NCBI GenBank assembly: GCA_963789955.1
Contig: CAWBMV010000034.1
Location: forward strand, 608,001 to 672,000
Source: an uncultured Candidatus Rokubacteria bacterium
GTDB lineage: Bacteria > Methylomirabilota > Methylomirabilia > Rokubacteriales > CSP1-6
Direction: 5' to 3'
DNA: 64,000 nucleotides
Shown: in pieces, positions 22,251 through 32,454 of the stretch
Layout of the letters: the number at the start of each line of letters is the position of its first letter
Position numbering within the stretch: the first letter of the stretch is position 1
Position numbers and translations under genes: made by a program
Notes under the pieces: model-generated
What the model saw: the letters and a program-made list of their open reading frames with translations, nothing else
What the model was told of the DNA's origin: nothing
Databases searched by the model: none

Positions 22251-22952
22251 CTACTTCGCCGGAACCGGCTCCGTCGAGACGCGCAGGAGAGCGAAGTAGT
22301 CCTTGAAGTGCTCGACGTCCGACTCGGAGACCATGTCGGACACGATGAAGCAGGCCAGGTCGCCCTGGCGCCATACCCAGGCGGAGAATCCGCCGTCGCT
22401 CATGAGGGCCGGCCGCCACCGGTTCTGGATCTGAACCCGCCGCGACTCTGGGATCGGTAAGCCTGGCGCGGGCAGCACGGTATAGGTCACGAGATGACCG
22501 TCGCCGTCGCGGTAGTAGAGCGCCATACCGCGGCGCCCCTCGAGGTACACCGGTTCCGCCCCGACGAACATGAGCCGATCGTCGCCGACGAAAAATTTGG
22601 TCAAGCCGATGCCCGATTCCTGGGTGAGCCACGGAAGCGCCGTCGGGACCACCTCGGGACGCCGGGCCCCCCACATGAGCGCACGGGTGTGCTCGGCCAC
22701 GACGGACCGCACGAGCCGCTCGGTCGGATCGGCGGGCAGGATCCGCGGCAGGAACTGGATCCAGACGAGCCCGAGCACCAGCGCCATGGCGGCGGCCGCC
22801 AAGCTGGGCGCGAGCCATGCCGGTCGAACGCGCGGCGGCTCGGCCGTCTCTCCGACGGAGCCGCGCAGGTATGCGGGCGCCGTGTAGCGTCGGAGCTCCG
22901 TGCGGAGCCGCGCGCCGAGCGCGTCGTCGGATTCGGGGGAGTGGTTGCTCAT
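22251..22952 (-). CDS. Single-TM anti-sigma factor
   Basis: ATGA-coupled downstream of ECF sigma; short cytoplasmic N-terminus, one TM, periplasmic domain ending WRQGDLACFIVSD. Confidence 0.75.
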   Translation of the reverse strand: MSNHSPESDDALGARLRTELRRYTAPAYLRGSVGETAEPPRVRPAWLAPSLAAAAMALVLGLVWIQFLPRILPADPTERLVRSVVAEHTRALMWGARRPEVVPTALPWLTQESGIGLTKFFVGDDRLMFVGAEPVYLEGRRGMALYYRDGDGHLVTYTVLPAPGLPIPESRRVQIQNRWRPALMSDGGFSAWVWRQGDLACFIVSDMVSESDVEHFKDYFALLRVSTEPVPAK

Positions 22953-23461
22953 TCTTTGGTGTAGTCGCGCAGGAGACCGCGCAACCGTTCCTTGGCCCGG
23001 AAGATCCGCGACTTGACGGTGCCGACCGGGCAAGCCAGCACGCGGGCGACGTCCTCGAGCGCCATACCTTCCACTTCAGCGAGCAGGAGCACGGTTCGAA
23101 ATTCCTCGGGTAGGCGCCGCAGCGCGCGCTCGAGGTCTGTGTGCGCCTCGACGGCGCCGCTCGACTCCTCGGGCGCGTCATGAAACATCGGAGCGTCCCA
23201 GGCAGGAACACCGTCCTCGGCGAGCGCCGACTCCCGCTCGCGAAGCCGATAGAACGTCAAGAATGTGTTCCTCAAGATTTGAAACAGCCAGGCTCGGAGG
23301 TGGGTTCCCGGCTGGAAACGGTGGGAAAACCGGAAAGCGCGGAGGTAGGTTTCCTGGACGAGGTCGTCCGCCTCCGGCGGGTTCCGCGTCAGATACATCG
23401 CGAAGTTGTAGAGCGCGTCCAGATGCTCCAGCGCGGCCCGGTGGAAGTCGTCGGAGGCCAC
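22949..23461 (-). CDS. ECF RNA polymerase sigma factor
   Basis: DDLVQETYLRA, AWLFQILRN, GTVKSRIFRAK. Confidence 0.92.
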   Translation of the reverse strand: MASDDFHRAALEHLDALYNFAMYLTRNPPEADDLVQETYLRAFRFSHRFQPGTHLRAWLFQILRNTFLTFYRLRERESALAEDGVPAWDAPMFHDAPEESSGAVEAHTDLERALRRLPEEFRTVLLLAEVEGMALEDVARVLACPVGTVKSRIFRAKERLRGLLRDYTKE

Positions 23462-23469
23462 GGGCTCGC

Positions 23470-24018
23470 TCAGTCGGCGAACCAGCGCGCCGGATAGTCG
23501 CCCGGGCGCACGTCGTGCTCGTCCACGAGCTCGTCCAGCAGCTCGCGCACCGAACGGTAGAGGACCGGGTGCTCGAAGTCGGGCGCCAGGTCGGCCAGCG
23601 GCTGCAGGACGAAGCCGCGTTCCGCCAGGAGCAGGTGGGGAACGTGCAGGTCGTCGTTCGCGCTCAGCACCTGGTCGCCGTAGAAGAGGATGTCGATGTC
23701 CAGAGTCCGCGCGGCGAATCGCCGAGTCTCCGGCGTGCCGGGGGGGCGCGTCCGCCCGAGCGCGGTCTCGATGCCCTGCAAGGTGGCGAGCAGGGCCCGC
23801 GGCGAGAGCGACGTCTCGATCGCCACGACGCAATTGAGGAACCAGCGCTGCTCGCTCGCCGTCCGGCCGGGCTCGGTCTCCCACGGCTCGGAGTCGTAGA
23901 GCCGCGATGCCTCGACGAACCGGACCGCCTCGATCGCGTGCAGCCGCCGCACCGCGGATTTGAGGGTGGCGAGCCGGTCGCCCTCGTTCGAGCCGAGCGA
24001 CAGATAGACGCGCGTCAC
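23470..24018 (-). CDS. folK: 2-amino-4-hydroxy-6-hydroxymethyldihydropteridine diphosphokinase
   Basis: YLSLGSN, FLNCVV, RTLDIDIL, ERGFVLQPL. Confidence 0.92.
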   Translation of the reverse strand: MTRVYLSLGSNEGDRLATLKSAVRRLHAIEAVRFVEASRLYDSEPWETEPGRTASEQRWFLNCVVAIETSLSPRALLATLQGIETALGRTRPPGTPETRRFAARTLDIDILFYGDQVLSANDDLHVPHLLLAERGFVLQPLADLAPDFEHPVLYRSVRELLDELVDEHDVRPGDYPARWFAD

Positions 24019-24377
24019 GACCGGCTCCGCGTCAGCTCGACCGAGGGCGTCCCGACCAGGCCCTCCATCGGTGGCGTGAGCTTGCGGACGCGCACGCGGA
24101 TCTCCCGCGCCGGAAACTCGCGCAGGAGGGCCTCGATGATCAGGCCCGCCAGGCGCTCGATCAGGTTCACGCGATTCTTGGTGCCGATCTCGACGATCCG
24201 CCGGGCCACCAGGCCGTAGTCGACCGTCGCCGACACCTGGTCGGACACGACCGCCGACGCGAGGTCGACGGCCATCTCGACGTCCACTGAGAACCACGCG
24301 CCCACCACTTGCTCGGCCCGTGTCAGCCCGTGCTGGCCGTAGAAACGCACGTCCTCCAGCAGGAGCTTGTCGCCCAT
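24015..24377 (-). CDS. folB: Dihydroneopterin aldolase
   Basis: FYGQHG, TVDY, NLIE, VRK motifs; adjacent to folK. Confidence 0.92.
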   Translation of the reverse strand: MGDKLLLEDVRFYGQHGLTRAEQVVGAWFSVDVEMAVDLASAVVSDQVSATVDYGLVARRIVEIGTKNRVNLIERLAGLIIEALLREFPAREIRVRVRKLTPPMEGLVGTPSVELTRSRS

Positions 24378-25123
24378 CAGAGCTTCACGACCGTGTTCTT
24401 CAGGCCGCCGATGCCCTCGATCCGCACCTCGACGCGATCACCCGGCTCGAGCCGCCCTACGCCGGCCGGCGCGCCGGTGGCGATCACGTCGCCCGGCAGG
24501 AGCGTCATCACCTGGGCGATCCGCGCCACGATCTCGTGGGCGGGCGAGAGCAGCTCCTTGGTCGACGACGACTGCCGCAGCTCGCCGTTGACGAACGTCT
24601 CGACCGCCACCGCGTCGGGATCGATGTCGGTCGCGATACACGGGCCGAGCGGGCTGAAGGTATCGAACCCTTTGGCGCCGACCCAGAACCCCTTCTCCTG
24701 CAGATCGCGCGCCGTCACGTCGTTCAGGCACGTGTAGCCGAGCACGTACTCGTGCACGCGCTCGGCTGGCACGTTGCGACACCGGCGCTTGATGACGACC
24801 GCGAGCCCCGCTCCGTGCTCCACGAGCACGCTCAGCGCGGGATACACGATCGGGTCGTCGGGTCCGATGAGCGTGGTCGGCGGCTTCAGGAAGAAGTGCG
24901 GCTCGGCCAGCCCCGTGTGGGCCGCGTCGCCGCGATGGTTGAGCTCGACGCCGACGATCTTGGAGGGCACGGTCGGCGCCAGCAGCACCGCGCGCCTGAG
25001 CGGCACGCGACGTCGGCCTCGGCGGAAGGGGCCCCACGGCGTCCCCGAGTACTCGACGATGTGGGTGCCCTCGAGCGCGCCGTACGACGTGTTGGTGTTG
25101 GTCTTGTAGCGAACGATCTGCAT
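24377..25123 (-). CDS. Fumarylacetoacetate hydrolase family protein (metal-binding Glu residues substituted)
   Basis: FFLKP, GYTCLNDVTARDLQ, KGFDTF, TLLPGDVI. Confidence 0.85.
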   Translation of the reverse strand: MQIVRYKTNTNTSYGALEGTHIVEYSGTPWGPFRRGRRRVPLRRAVLLAPTVPSKIVGVELNHRGDAAHTGLAEPHFFLKPPTTLIGPDDPIVYPALSVLVEHGAGLAVVIKRRCRNVPAERVHEYVLGYTCLNDVTARDLQEKGFWVGAKGFDTFSPLGPCIATDIDPDAVAVETFVNGELRQSSSTKELLSPAHEIVARIAQVMTLLPGDVIATGAPAGVGRLEPGDRVEVRIEGIGGLKNTVVKL

Positions 25124-25132
25124 GGACGCCCG

Positions 25133-25990
25133 TTACACCAGGCCGAGCACGTCGGCCATCGAGTAGAGCCCCGGCGGACGGCCCGCGATGAACCGCGCGG
25201 CGCGCAGCGCGCCGCGGGCGTACGTGTCGCGATTGTGGGCCCGGTGCACCAGCTCGAGGCGCTCGCCGAGGGTTCCGAACGACACCGTGTGCTCGCCGAC
25301 GACGTCGCCCGAGCGGAGCGAGAGGATTCCGATCTCGGGCCGCGTGCGCTCGCCGGGCAGTCCCTGGCGGCCGTAGACCGCGACCTGATCGAGATCGCGC
25401 CCGAGCGCCTCGGCGACGACCTCCGCCATGCGCAGCGCGGTGCCGCTGGGCGCGTCCTTCTTGAACCGGTGGTGGATTTCGGTGATCTCGACGTCGTACT
25501 CGTCGCCGAGCGCCTTGGCCATGGTGGCCAGGAGCTTGAACGCCACGTTGGTGGCGACGGACATGTTGGGCGACATCAAGATCGCCGCCCGCTTCGCGAG
25601 CTCCCCGATCTCGGTGCGCTGCGCGGCGGTGAACCCGGTCGTGCCGATCACCGCCCGCGCCCCGCTGTGCGCGACCAGGCGAAGGTGAGCGAGCGAGGCC
25701 TCCGGCACCGAGAACTCGATCAGCACGCGATCGCGCGTGATCTCGGCCGCGGCGTCCGCGCCGACACTGACGCCGGCCTTGCCGATGCCGGCGAGGTCAC
25801 CGGCGTCGCGCCCGATGGTCGCGTGACCGGGCGCCTCGAGCGCGGCGACGAGACGCAGATCGGGCAAGCCGGCGAGGCACGCGATGATGCGATTGCCCAT
25901 CCGACCGGCGGCGCCCGCCACAACGATATCCGCCGTCGAGGCGCCCCGGCGCCCGACGTTCGGGGATGTCTCCCCGCCGGCAACGCTCAT
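25133..25990 (-). CDS. dapB: 4-hydroxy-tetrahydrodipicolinate reductase
   Basis: GAAGRMG, IGTTG, EIHHRFKKDAPSGTA. Confidence 0.95.
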   Translation of the reverse strand: MSVAGGETSPNVGRRGASTADIVVAGAAGRMGNRIIACLAGLPDLRLVAALEAPGHATIGRDAGDLAGIGKAGVSVGADAAAEITRDRVLIEFSVPEASLAHLRLVAHSGARAVIGTTGFTAAQRTEIGELAKRAAILMSPNMSVATNVAFKLLATMAKALGDEYDVEITEIHHRFKKDAPSGTALRMAEVVAEALGRDLDQVAVYGRQGLPGERTRPEIGILSLRSGDVVGEHTVSFGTLGERLELVHRAHNRDTYARGALRAARFIAGRPPGLYSMADVLGLV

Positions 25991-25997
25991 GGCGACG

Positions 25998-26885
25998 CTA
26001 CTTGATCAGGCCGTAGGGCTTGAGGATGGCGCGAAGCTTCTCGCGATTGGCGTCGCTCATCCGGCACATCGGCAGGCGGAACTCGGGCTCGAGCATGCCG
26101 GCCATCGCCATCGCTTCCTTGATCGGGATGGGATTGGTCTCGAGGAACGCCGCGCGCGCGAGGGGGAAGAGCCGGTAGTGGAGCTCGCGGGCGCGCTTCC
26201 AGTCGCCGTCGAGCGCCGCGTGCACGAGCTCGGCGGTCTCCCGCGGCACGATGTTCGCGATGACCGAGACGACGCCGCTGCCGCCGATCGCCAGGAGCGG
26301 GAGCGTGATGTTGTCGTCACCCGACAGGACCGAGAAGTCCGGTCCGCACGCCGCGATGACCTGGCTCATCTGATCGAGCGATCCGGACGCTTCCTTCACG
26401 CCGACGATGTTCTTCACGTCGCGGGCGAGGCGCGCCAGGGTGTCGGTCTCGACGTTGATCGCCGTCCGGCTCTGGATGTTGTAGAGCAGGACGGGGATCG
26501 CGACCGACTCGGCGACCGCGCGGAAGTGGCGATAGAGCCCTTCCTGCGTGGGCTTGTTGTAGTAGGGGTTCACGACGAGCGCGCCCGCCGCGCCGGCCCG
26601 CTCCGCGTGCTTCGTCATCTCGATCGCCTCGGCGGTCGAGTTCGAGCCGGTGCCGGCGATCACGCGGATCCGGCCGCGCGCGGCCTCGATGACGATCTCG
26701 ACCACGCGGTGATGCTCGTCGTGGTTCAGGGTCGGCGACTCGCCGGTCGTCCCGCACGGGATCAGGCCGTCGGTGCCGTGGGTGACGTGGAGCTCGACCA
26801 GCTCCCGGAGCTTCGCCTCGTCGACCTTGCCGTTCCGGAAGGGGGTGACCATCGCGACGAATGAACCCTGGAATGTCTGGCTCAT
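25998..26885 (-). CDS. dapA: 4-hydroxy-tetrahydrodipicolinate synthase
   Basis: GTTGESPTL, PYYNKPTQEGL, GVKEASG, ETNPIPIK. Confidence 0.96.
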   Translation of the reverse strand: MSQTFQGSFVAMVTPFRNGKVDEAKLRELVELHVTHGTDGLIPCGTTGESPTLNHDEHHRVVEIVIEAARGRIRVIAGTGSNSTAEAIEMTKHAERAGAAGALVVNPYYNKPTQEGLYRHFRAVAESVAIPVLLYNIQSRTAINVETDTLARLARDVKNIVGVKEASGSLDQMSQVIAACGPDFSVLSGDDNITLPLLAIGGSGVVSVIANIVPRETAELVHAALDGDWKRARELHYRLFPLARAAFLETNPIPIKEAMAMAGMLEPEFRLPMCRMSDANREKLRAILKPYGLIK

Positions 26886-28132
26886 GGGGCAGTCTCCCCC
26901 GCCACCAGGTCTTCGTAGGTCTCCCGGCGGCGCACGATCGTGTACCGGTTGCCGTCGACCAGCACTTCGACGGCGCGCGGTCGCGTGTTGTAGTTGGAGG
27001 CCATCGCGAAGCCGTACGCGCCGGCGCTCATGACGGCGAGCAGGTCCTCTTGCTCGACGCGCGGCAGCTCGCGGTCCTTCGCCAGAAAGTCGCCCGACTC
27101 GCAGATCGGGCCGACGACGTCGACGGTTTCGCGGTCGCGAGACCGTCGGCTCTCGTCGACGGGAACGATCTCGTGGTACGAGCCATAGAGCGACGGCCGG
27201 ATCAGATCGTTCATCGCGCCGTCGACCACCACGAACTTCTTGGCGCCGGTGTCCTTCCGATAGAGCACTCGCGTCAGGAGGACGCCGGCATTGCCGACGA
27301 TGGATCGGCCCGGCTCCAGCAGAACGGTCACGCCGGATTCGCGCAGCGCGGGCATCAGCAGGGTCGCGAACTCCTGGTGCGTCGGGGGCGTCTCGTCGCG
27401 ATAGCGAATGCCGAGCCCGCCGCCGATGTCGATCATGCGGATCTCGATACGCCGCTCGCGCAGCGCCTTCACCAGCGCCACCACGCGCGCCACCGCGTCG
27501 GCGACCGGCGTGGCCTTGGTGAGCTGGGAGCCGATGTGCATGTCCGCGCCGATGACGTCGAGACCGCGGAGCTTCGCCGCTTCCTCGTAGGCCTCGAGCG
27601 CTTCGTCGTACGGAATCCCGAACTTGGAGGTCTTGAGCCCGGTCGCGATGTACGGGTGCGTCTGCGGGTCGACGTCGGGGTTCACGCGCAGCGCGACCGG
27701 GGCGCGCACGCCCATCTCGAGGGCGACCTCGTCGAGGACCCGCAGCTCGGCGCGCGACTCGACGTTGAACATCAAGATCTCGGCCTTGAGCGCCTCGCGC
27801 ATCTCGTCGCGGCTCTTGCCGACGCCCGAGAAGATGATCTTCTTGGGCGACACACCGGCCCGCAGCGCGCGATAGAGCTCGCCGCCGGAGACGATATCGG
27901 CACCCGCGCCGGCCTTGGCCAGCACGGACAGGACGCCGAGGTTCGAGTTGGCCTTGACCGAGTAGCACACGAGGTGAGGCACGGCGTGGAACGCGCGCTC
28001 ATAGCCGTCGAGGCTCTCGAGCAGCGCGGCCTTCGAGTAGACGTAGGCCGGCGTGCCGGCGACGGCGGCCAGCGCGCGCAGCGACACGTCCTCGCAGCAG
28101 AGCTCGGAATCCCGGTACTGGAACGGGCCCAT
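26882..28132 (-). CDS. lysA: Diaminopimelate decarboxylase
   Basis: YSVKAN, HIGSQ, GGGLG, EPGR, GPICESGD, MASNYN. Confidence 0.96.
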   Translation of the reverse strand: MGPFQYRDSELCCEDVSLRALAAVAGTPAYVYSKAALLESLDGYERAFHAVPHLVCYSVKANSNLGVLSVLAKAGAGADIVSGGELYRALRAGVSPKKIIFSGVGKSRDEMREALKAEILMFNVESRAELRVLDEVALEMGVRAPVALRVNPDVDPQTHPYIATGLKTSKFGIPYDEALEAYEEAAKLRGLDVIGADMHIGSQLTKATPVADAVARVVALVKALRERRIEIRMIDIGGGLGIRYRDETPPTHQEFATLLMPALRESGVTVLLEPGRSIVGNAGVLLTRVLYRKDTGAKKFVVVDGAMNDLIRPSLYGSYHEIVPVDESRRSRDRETVDVVGPICESGDFLAKDRELPRVEQEDLLAVMSAGAYGFAMASNYNTRPRAVEVLVDGNRYTIVRRRETYEDLVAGETAP

Positions 28133-28167
28133 GTATCCGTTGTTCGTAACATCCGAGCCTAGTGAAG

Positions 28168-29245
28168 TCAAGGTAGGGTGACCCTCACCTCGTTCGAGCG
28201 CGCGCTCTCGTTCGGTCGCGCAGCCTTGTCCTGCGCGGTGACGACGTAGCGAGAGGTTCCGCGGGGCACCGTGCGATCCGCATAGGTCGTCCCCGGCACA
28301 TTGATCGACCCGATCCGTTCGAAACCGCCCCCGACTGGAGCACGGTAGATGATGTAGCCGGCGACGTCAGGCTCGGGGCTCGGGCTCCAGGACAGGCGGA
28401 CGATCCCCTCCGACGCGATGGCGACGAGATTGCCCGGCGCGCGAGGGTGGCGTCACGTCCCGCGGCGTCGCCGCGAGCCGCGAAGTCGAACGGCCGTAGA
28501 TCGTCGTGCCCGAGACGACCCGTAGCGCTCGGACGGCATAGTAGTAGGCGCGCTCGTTCTCCAGCTTGGAGTCGGTCAAGGTGGTGTTCGGCACCGGCGC
28601 GGCCACCGGCGCCAGCTCCGCTTCGGCCGAGGGCGCGCGGAGCACCTCGTACGTGAGCGCGTCGGTGATCGCGCTCCCGTCGAGCAGCCGGGTCGGCGCG
28701 CTCCACGTGAGGCGCACCTCGCCCTCGCGCGGCTCGACGACGAGGTTGCCGGGCTCCGCGGGCGCGGGGGCATAGCTCACCGAGACTCGACGAGATGGTC
28801 GGCCGATGCGCCCCTGCGAGTCTCCGGCCAGAATCACGTACGTGTAGCGCCGTCCGTACGAGAGGTTCTTCCGATCCGTGAACTCGAGATGCTGGCCGCG
28901 CCGGACCGCAGGCTCGGGCTCGGCGCCCCGGATTGCGGCGATCTCGTCGTAGCCGGCGATCTGTCCGTCGGTGAGCATCGCCGACTTGGGCTGGCCGGTG
29001 CCGCCGTCCTCCGCCCGAAAGATTCGCATCAGGGTGAAGTCACGCATGCGCGTGTTGTCGTCGCGACGGCTGGGCGGCGTCCACGAGAGGACGATCGACT
29101 CTTCGTGGATGGCGCCGGCCAGGTCGGCGATCGCCTGCGGCGCCCGATGCTCCGGCGCGACCGGAGGTCCTTTCTTGCCGCACGCGGTCAGCGCCACCGC
29201 GGCGAGCCCGAGGCACGCGGCGAGGCGCCGCCCGCGCCCGATCAT
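28168..29245 (-). CDS. Lipoprotein with LptM/LppL-like N-terminus and fibronectin type III repeats (frameshift near 28440)
   Basis: LTAC lipobox followed by GKKGPPVAPE; three LSW/LTW..Y.I.R..Y.Y.V FN3-like modules. Confidence 0.75.
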
Positions 29246-30673
29246 GCGCGCGCGATGAGCGTGCGGGCGAGGGCGAGCGAGCGGCGCACGGCGTCGGGCG
29301 CCGTGCCGCCGGTGGCCGAGCGGGCGCGGAGCGAGGCGTCGACCGTGATGGCGTCCTTGGCGTCCTCGTCGAAGAGCGGAGAGAAGCGGCGCAGCTCGAC
29401 GAGGCCCAGGGCGTCGAGCGGCTTGCCCTCGGTCTCGCAGAGCCGCACGATCCCGCCCGATCACGCCGTGCGCCTGGCGGAAGGGCAGGCCCTTGCGCAC
29501 GAGGTAATCGGCCAGATCCGTCGCGGTCGCGAAGTTCTCGCCGGCGGCCCGCCGCATGCGCTCGGTCCGGAACGTCAGCGACGCCAGCATCGGCGGCACG
29601 ACGGCCAGGATCGCCTCGAGCGTGTCGACCGAGTCGAAGAAGGGTTCCTTGTCTTCCTGCATGTCCGAGTTGTACGCGAGCGGCAGCCCCTTCATCGTCG
29701 TGAGCACCGCCACCAGATTGCCGTAGAGCCGACCGCTCTTGCCCCGCACCAGCTCGGCGACGTCGGGGTTCTTCTTCTGCGGCATGATCGACGACCCGGT
29801 CGCGAAGGCGTCCGAGAACTCCACGAAGCCGAACTCCGCGGTGGCCCACAGCGTCAGATCGGCGGCGAGGCGCGACAGGTGCATGCCGGTGATCGCGGCC
29901 GCCGACAGGAACTCGAGCAAGGTGTCGCGGTCACTCACGGAGTCGAGGCTGTTCGGCGAGACCGCGGCGAAGCCGAGATCCTTCGCGAGCGCCTCGAGAT
30001 CGATCGGAAACGCCGTGCCGGCGAGCGCGGCGGCGCCCAGGGGCATCGACGCGGCCCGCGCGCCGCAGTCGGTGAACCGGTCGCGATCGCGCTGCACCAT
30101 GAACACGTAGGCCAGAAAGTGGTGGCCCAGCACGATCGGCTGCGCGCGCTGCAGGTGCGTGTAGCCCGGCAGCGGCGTTTCGAGCGTCTCGGCGGCGCGC
30201 GCGACCAGCGCCTCCTGCACGCGCCGCAGTCCCGCGCGAATGCGCGCGATGATCTCGCGAAGGTACAGGCGTTCGTCGACCGCGATCTGATCGTTGCGTG
30301 AGCGCCCGGTGTGCAGCTTGCCGCCGACCTCGCCGATCAATTCTTGAAGCCGCCGCTCGATGTTCGTGTGGATGTCCTCGAGCTCGGTGCGGTACGGGAA
30401 GGTCCCCGCCGCCAGCTCGTCGCGGACGGCGGCCAGGCCCCGGACGATCGCGTCGCGCTCGGCGGCCGACAGCAGTCCGGCCCGCGCGAGCGCCTTGGCC
30501 CACGCGACGCTGCCGGCGATATCGTGCGGCCAGAGCCGGCGGTCGAAGGCGATCGATCCGGTGAACCGCTCGGCGGCGGGGTCGGCGCCCGCGGTGAACC
30601 GGCCGCCCCAGAGCTTTTCCGACTTCTCCGCGCCGCTCCGCGGAGCCGCGCGCTTGCGGGGCCGCGACTTCAC
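29242..30673 (-). CDS. argH: Argininosuccinate lyase (frameshift near 29455)
   Basis: LWGGRF, LHTGRSRNDQ, GYTHLQ, TGSSIMPQKKNPD. Confidence 0.96.
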
Positions 30674-31341
30674 GGCAGGAGCGCCGCGATGTCGTCCATG
30701 ATCCGGCGTGTCACGTGGGAGCGAGCGCTCCGCCGCCCGTGGGATCCGTCGCCCGAGAAGCAGCGCGCCGGGCCGAACCTGACACCGATCGGGACGCGGC
30801 GTGGAATATAGCCGCGGCGTCCCGCGAGCGCCTCGTACGTGCCGCGGATGCCGGCCGGGATGACCGGCACGCCCGAGCGCAGCGCCAGGAGCGCCACGCC
30901 GGGCAGTCCCGGCTCGAGCCGGCCGCGCACGCTGAAGGGGCCCTCGGGGAAGATGCCCACGACGCGACCTTCCTGCAGACTCTGCAGCGCGCGGCGGAGC
31001 GCGCCGACATCGGCCCGATCCAGATCGATCGGAATCGAGCGGATGTTCCGATGAAAGATCGGATGCAGGGGCGTCGCGCGCCAGACGCGCGGCATCACCA
31101 GGAAGGAGATCGGGTCCGGGACGGTGACGCCGAGCACGACGCCGTCCAGATAGTTGTGATGGTTCGCCGCGATGAGATACGGGCCGCTCGCCGGCAGGTG
31201 CTCGAGACCATCGACGCGAAGATCGAACCAGCGCACCAGCGCTTGCCGGAGCGGCGGGCGGAGCGCGCGATAGAGGAACGGCACGGCTGGGGCTTCGCGG
31301 GTGATGCTCCCGGTCTCGGCAAGCGTGCTGGGGCCGGCCAT
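30670..31341 (-). CDS. Lysophospholipid acyltransferase (PlsC-like)
   Basis: NHHNYLD (HxxxxD), IFPEG. Confidence 0.88.
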   Translation of the reverse strand: MAGPSTLAETGSITREAPAVPFLYRALRPPLRQALVRWFDLRVDGLEHLPASGPYLIAANHHNYLDGVVLGVTVPDPISFLVMPRVWRATPLHPIFHRNIRSIPIDLDRADVGALRRALQSLQEGRVVGIFPEGPFSVRGRLEPGLPGVALLALRSGVPVIPAGIRGTYEALAGRRGYIPRRVPIGVRFGPARCFSGDGSHGRRSARSHVTRRIMDDIAALLP

Positions 31342-31363
31342 GTCGCGCGTTTTATAGCACGGT

Positions 31364-32362
31364 TCACCGAGCGCGGGCGAGCCGGTACCGGGCGACCGCC
31401 GCGTTGTGCTCGGCGATCGTCGCCGAGAAATGATGATGGGTGTCGTCCATCGCGACGAAGTAGAGGTAGTTCACCGGCGCCGGATCGAGCGCCGCCTCGA
31501 TCGCCGCGATCCCAGGGCTCGCGATCGGCCCGGGAGGCAGTCCCGGGTTGCGGTACGTATTGTACGGATGGTCGAGCCGGAGATCGGCCCGAGTGAGCGC
31601 GCGCCGTTCCTTGCCGGTGGCGTATTGCACGGTGGGATCGGCCTGAAGCGGCATCTTGAGCTTGAGCCGGTTCCAGAACACCGCGGAGATCGTCCGCATC
31701 TCGCCGCGCTCCACCGCCTCGCGCTCGATGATCGAGGCGAGCGTGAGCAGCTGGTGCACGGTCAGCCCGCGCGCGGCGGCGCGCGCCGTGATGTCGGCGC
31801 CCATCTTCGCGCGAAGGCGCTGCACCATGCGGGTCAGCATCTCCTCGGGGGTCATGCCGCGCACGAACTGATACGTATCGGGGAACAGGTAGCCCTCGAG
31901 GCTCGGCGCCTCGACCCCGAGCATCGAGAGAAAGGCCGGATCGGCGGCCAGACGGCGGATCGTGGCGCTCGGCGCCAGACGCTCGGTCTCGAGGGCGCGG
32001 GCGAGCTCGGAGACGGTCGCGCCCTCGGGCTGCAGGACGAGGTGCTGCTTGACCCGCCCGGACTCCAGCTGGCTCAGGACGTCCAAGGTGGATGCGCCCC
32101 GGTCGAGCTCGTACTCACCCGCCTTCAAACGCCGGGTGGTGCCCCGGAGCCCGGCCAGGACGACGAAGCCCGCGCGGCTTCGGATCCCACCGGCCTGCTG
32201 CAGACGGTTAGCGATCTCCAGGACGCCGTCGTGGGCTGGAATCTCCACGAGCACCGGACCGGCCTGGAGCGCATCGGTGGGCGTCGCGACTTCGTAGCCC
32301 AGAAGGGCGACGACGGCGACCCCAACGAGCATGAGGAGGGCGATGGCGGCACGCAACCCCAT
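31364..32362 (-). CDS. mltG: Endolytic transglycosylase MltG
   Basis: EGYLFPDTY, LASIIERE, LQADPTVQY, PYNTY, GLPPGPI. Confidence 0.95.
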   Translation of the reverse strand: MGLRAAIALLMLVGVAVVALLGYEVATPTDALQAGPVLVEIPAHDGVLEIANRLQQAGGIRSRAGFVVLAGLRGTTRRLKAGEYELDRGASTLDVLSQLESGRVKQHLVLQPEGATVSELARALETERLAPSATIRRLAADPAFLSMLGVEAPSLEGYLFPDTYQFVRGMTPEEMLTRMVQRLRAKMGADITARAAARGLTVHQLLTLASIIEREAVERGEMRTISAVFWNRLKLKMPLQADPTVQYATGKERRALTRADLRLDHPYNTYRNPGLPPGPIASPGIAAIEAALDPAPVNYLYFVAMDDTHHHFSATIAEHNAAVARYRLARAR

Positions 32363-32454
32363 GATTTCCCAGTGTAACATCGGGGCTCTGGTATACTGTG
32401 ATGCCTTGGTGGCCGAATTACCCCGATCACACTGGCTCGCTTCTAGGGGGTCCC

